This document shows, piece after piece, positions 61,651-64,000 of a stretch of DNA of 64,000 nt. Within the stretch, counting starts at the first letter, position 1; the number at the start of each line of letters is the position of its first letter. The translations under genes and the position numbers were made by a program. The notes below the pieces were generated by a model. That model had not been told where the DNA came from, did not search any database, and saw nothing but the letters and a program-made list of their open reading frames with translations. Source of the DNA: Glaucostegus cemiculus (lineage: Eukaryota); assembly GCA_976551045.1 (NCBI GenBank), contig CDPCPM010000665.1, positions 186,001 to 250,000 on the forward strand. Direction: 5' to 3'.

Positions 61651-63132
61651 GTTCTGCGAAGTTTAATTCAGTTTCGAGGGAAAGAGTTGGACAATCAAAG
61701 CCAGAGTGGGTAAGTTTACCACACAAACTGCAGTCTCATAGATCTGATAAGTCTGATGTGAACACCGCTGAAATAAAGTCAGCCTGCACCTTGCTGAACA
61801 GTGTTGTGTGAGGAGATGATTTGACAGGAATATAATCCCGGGTGTTAAAATGAGATCTGTACTCAAAGCAAAAAAATGTTTTTCTCTGTAAATTAAAACA
61901 AAACATTGACCTGGATATTCAGTCTCAAAATGCTGTTGAGATCAGTGCTTTGGGCTTTTCTGAAGTGTTTTAGTGACCTGGTCATGGTATTTGATTCTCT
62001 CCTGATCAATGCCAGGGATCTGGGAGCTGGCACGACTCTTCATGTTAAGGTAGACACCTTTTAGGGTCAGACTGCTCAGGTAGATGGACATGAGGACTAC
62101 CCCTTCCTTACCTGGTTCCCAACTTCTGTACAGTTTCCAGCCCCTGCAGCTGAGCAAAGGAATAGTCAAAATTTTGGCAGGACAAGGAACTTTGAAAAGA
62201 CTATCACTGGCCTCCTTAGATTTCACTGCCTGCACCACTGCACAGCACCTTTCAGCATTCACCAGGTGGGAGGCCTTTGTTACTGTCGCCTACTGCTTCC
62301 TGTACGAGTTAGCAAACAGGCAAGGTTGTCTGAGGACTTCCAACAAGAGGAGGCAGAGCAGGAGCCAGAGGTGGAGAATGAGGCCGACATCAGCAGCAGT
62401 TGCCACCGGCAGATCAGGGAGAGGCTCTATCTGGATGTGCTGTTGGGGACCATCTAATGCAGCACAGAAAACCAGTTTCCAGTCCCCTCATAAACATTTG
62501 TCAGTATTGGTGCAATTTCTCTCAGCTACTCCAAAAGCCAGTTGAAGACCCCAGAGCTAAGGTCAAACAATTCATGCCCATTCCCCAGAGTGTACCACAA
62601 AAGCACCAAGTGTTGACAAACATGCTCAAAAGCACAGCGCTGCACATTTACTGAAAAAAAGATTCATCTTGTGTGTAGACTTGTTTTATAAATGCAAAAT
62701 CAATGAGAACGTAACAAGAGGTTTAATTGGCTCAACTGTTGTTCTTCCCATGGGCTTCCCTGTGATAGCTGTTCCAAGTAAGTCAGCCTAGATTTACATC
62801 AGCCTGGAACTCCTGCACCTTCCATAGAGCATCCTTGCATTTGTCGATCAGTTGTGATACTTGGAGGTTTAGATCAACTGGATCAATAGATCCACGGTCA
62901 GGAATAATTTCAGTGATAAACTGGTGGTCAGTAAGATGTGTAACGGTCATAATGTCAATCCTTTGCTGTAATTAATGCAATGTTGTCAGGAAATTCACAA
63001 CACACAAGGCCTGTCTTGTGTGTAGCAGTCAAAAAAGAGAGAGCTTCCAACCTCAAGCCCCACAGTACACACAAGAGTAACGTTTAAATGTCATGAGCAT
63101 TTCTGCTTCCACCACCCTTTCAGACAGTGAGG

Positions 63133-64000
63133 TCTAGACCCCTGCCTTGCAAGAGACAAGGTGGGAGGAGCCGTAATCGAGGTAGCTGTGGGTATCAGTG
63201 GGTTTGTAGATGATGTCAGTGGATAAGGAATCTCCTGAGATGGAGATGGAAAGATCAAGGAAGGAGAAGGAGGTGTCAGAGATGGTCCAAGTGAATTGGA
63301 GAGCCGGGTGGAAACTAGTGGCGAAATATTTGAAACTGTTGAATTCCGCGCAGGTACAAGAGGCGGCACCAATGCAGTCATCGATATAGCGGATAAAGAG
63401 TTGAGGAATGGGGCCAAAGGAGGCTTGACACAGAGACTGTTCAATGTAGCCAACGAAGAGGCAGGCATAGCTGGGGCCCATGCGAGTTCCCATAGCTACA
63501 CCCTTGGTCTGTAGAAAGTGAGAGGAATCTTCAGCCAGGTGGAGGAGAGTGTTAGTGGAAGGGGACTGGTTCTGTCTCTGGTCAAGAAAGAAGTGGAGGG
63601 TGGTGGGGCTGTCCTGATGGGGAATGGAGGTATGTAGGGACTGGACGTCCATGATGAAGGTGAGGTGGTGCATCCCAGAGAACTTTAGAAAGCTATGGAA
63701 GAGATGGAGAGCATGTGATGTGTCCTGGACGTAGGTGGAAGGGATTGGACCAGGGGGGCGGGGGGTTGGGAGAGGCAGTATAGTGTCCAGGAATGAGCAT
63801 AATTTTGGGGAGGAGATAGAAGTGGGCAGTCCTAGGTTGTGGGACCATCATGTTAAAAGCTGTGGGAGGGAAATCTCTCAAGGTGATGAGGTCAGTGATG
63901 GTGCGGGAGTTAATATCCTGGTGGTCCCCAGTGGGGTCATGGTTCAGGGGTGGGCAGGAGGAAGTGTCCGTGAGTTGGTGTCTGGCCTCTGCAAGGTAGA
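63133..64000 (-). mobile_element. Penelope-like element reverse transcriptase fragment (runs off the window)
   Basis: ORF 63134-63673 MDVQSLHTSIPH...GVAMGTRMGPSYACLF...RYIDD...FLDL...YKPTDTHSYLDY; ORF 63693-63881 PRTAHFYLLPKI. Confidence 0.92.

Noticed and set aside
61930-62545. ORFs of 106-153 aa as a nested gene
   Set aside because: No recognisable domain or exon structure; faint resemblance to a decayed Tx1-type endonuclease region, too weak to call.
49051-64000. Next CABIN1 exon (expected to continue K-YLRDADRQ...)
   Set aside because: Not found by eye; presumably beyond the window, although a diverged exon could have been missed.

Overview
Vertebrate genomic DNA, not prokaryotic. The repeat content (HE1/V-SINEs, HER1/CR1 LINEs, SacSINE1-like DeuSINEs, Penelope and Rex1/Babar elements) points to a cartilaginous fish (elasmobranch). 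The window lies inside the CABIN1 gene (+ strand). I recognise one host coding exon, 48887-49050 ([55 protein letters not shown]); the rest is intron filled with nested, mostly decayed transposable elements, and nearly all listed ORFs are TE fragments or noise. Best leads: (1) a TE-poor island at about 31.5-31.85 kb with GC box, inverted CCAAT and TTAAAA followed by ATG|GTGAGT, which would splice in frame onto the CABIN1 exon and give an N-terminally truncated isoform (alternatively a poison exon); (2) recurring short palindromic Penelope-derived elements with hammerhead-like cores; (3) a V-SINE subfamily whose 3' tail resembles Rex1/Babar rather than CR1; (4) a non-coding retroelement carrying a perfect 36-bp CpG-rich VNTR. 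Family names come from recalled motifs, not database searches, and boundaries of old TEs are approximate.
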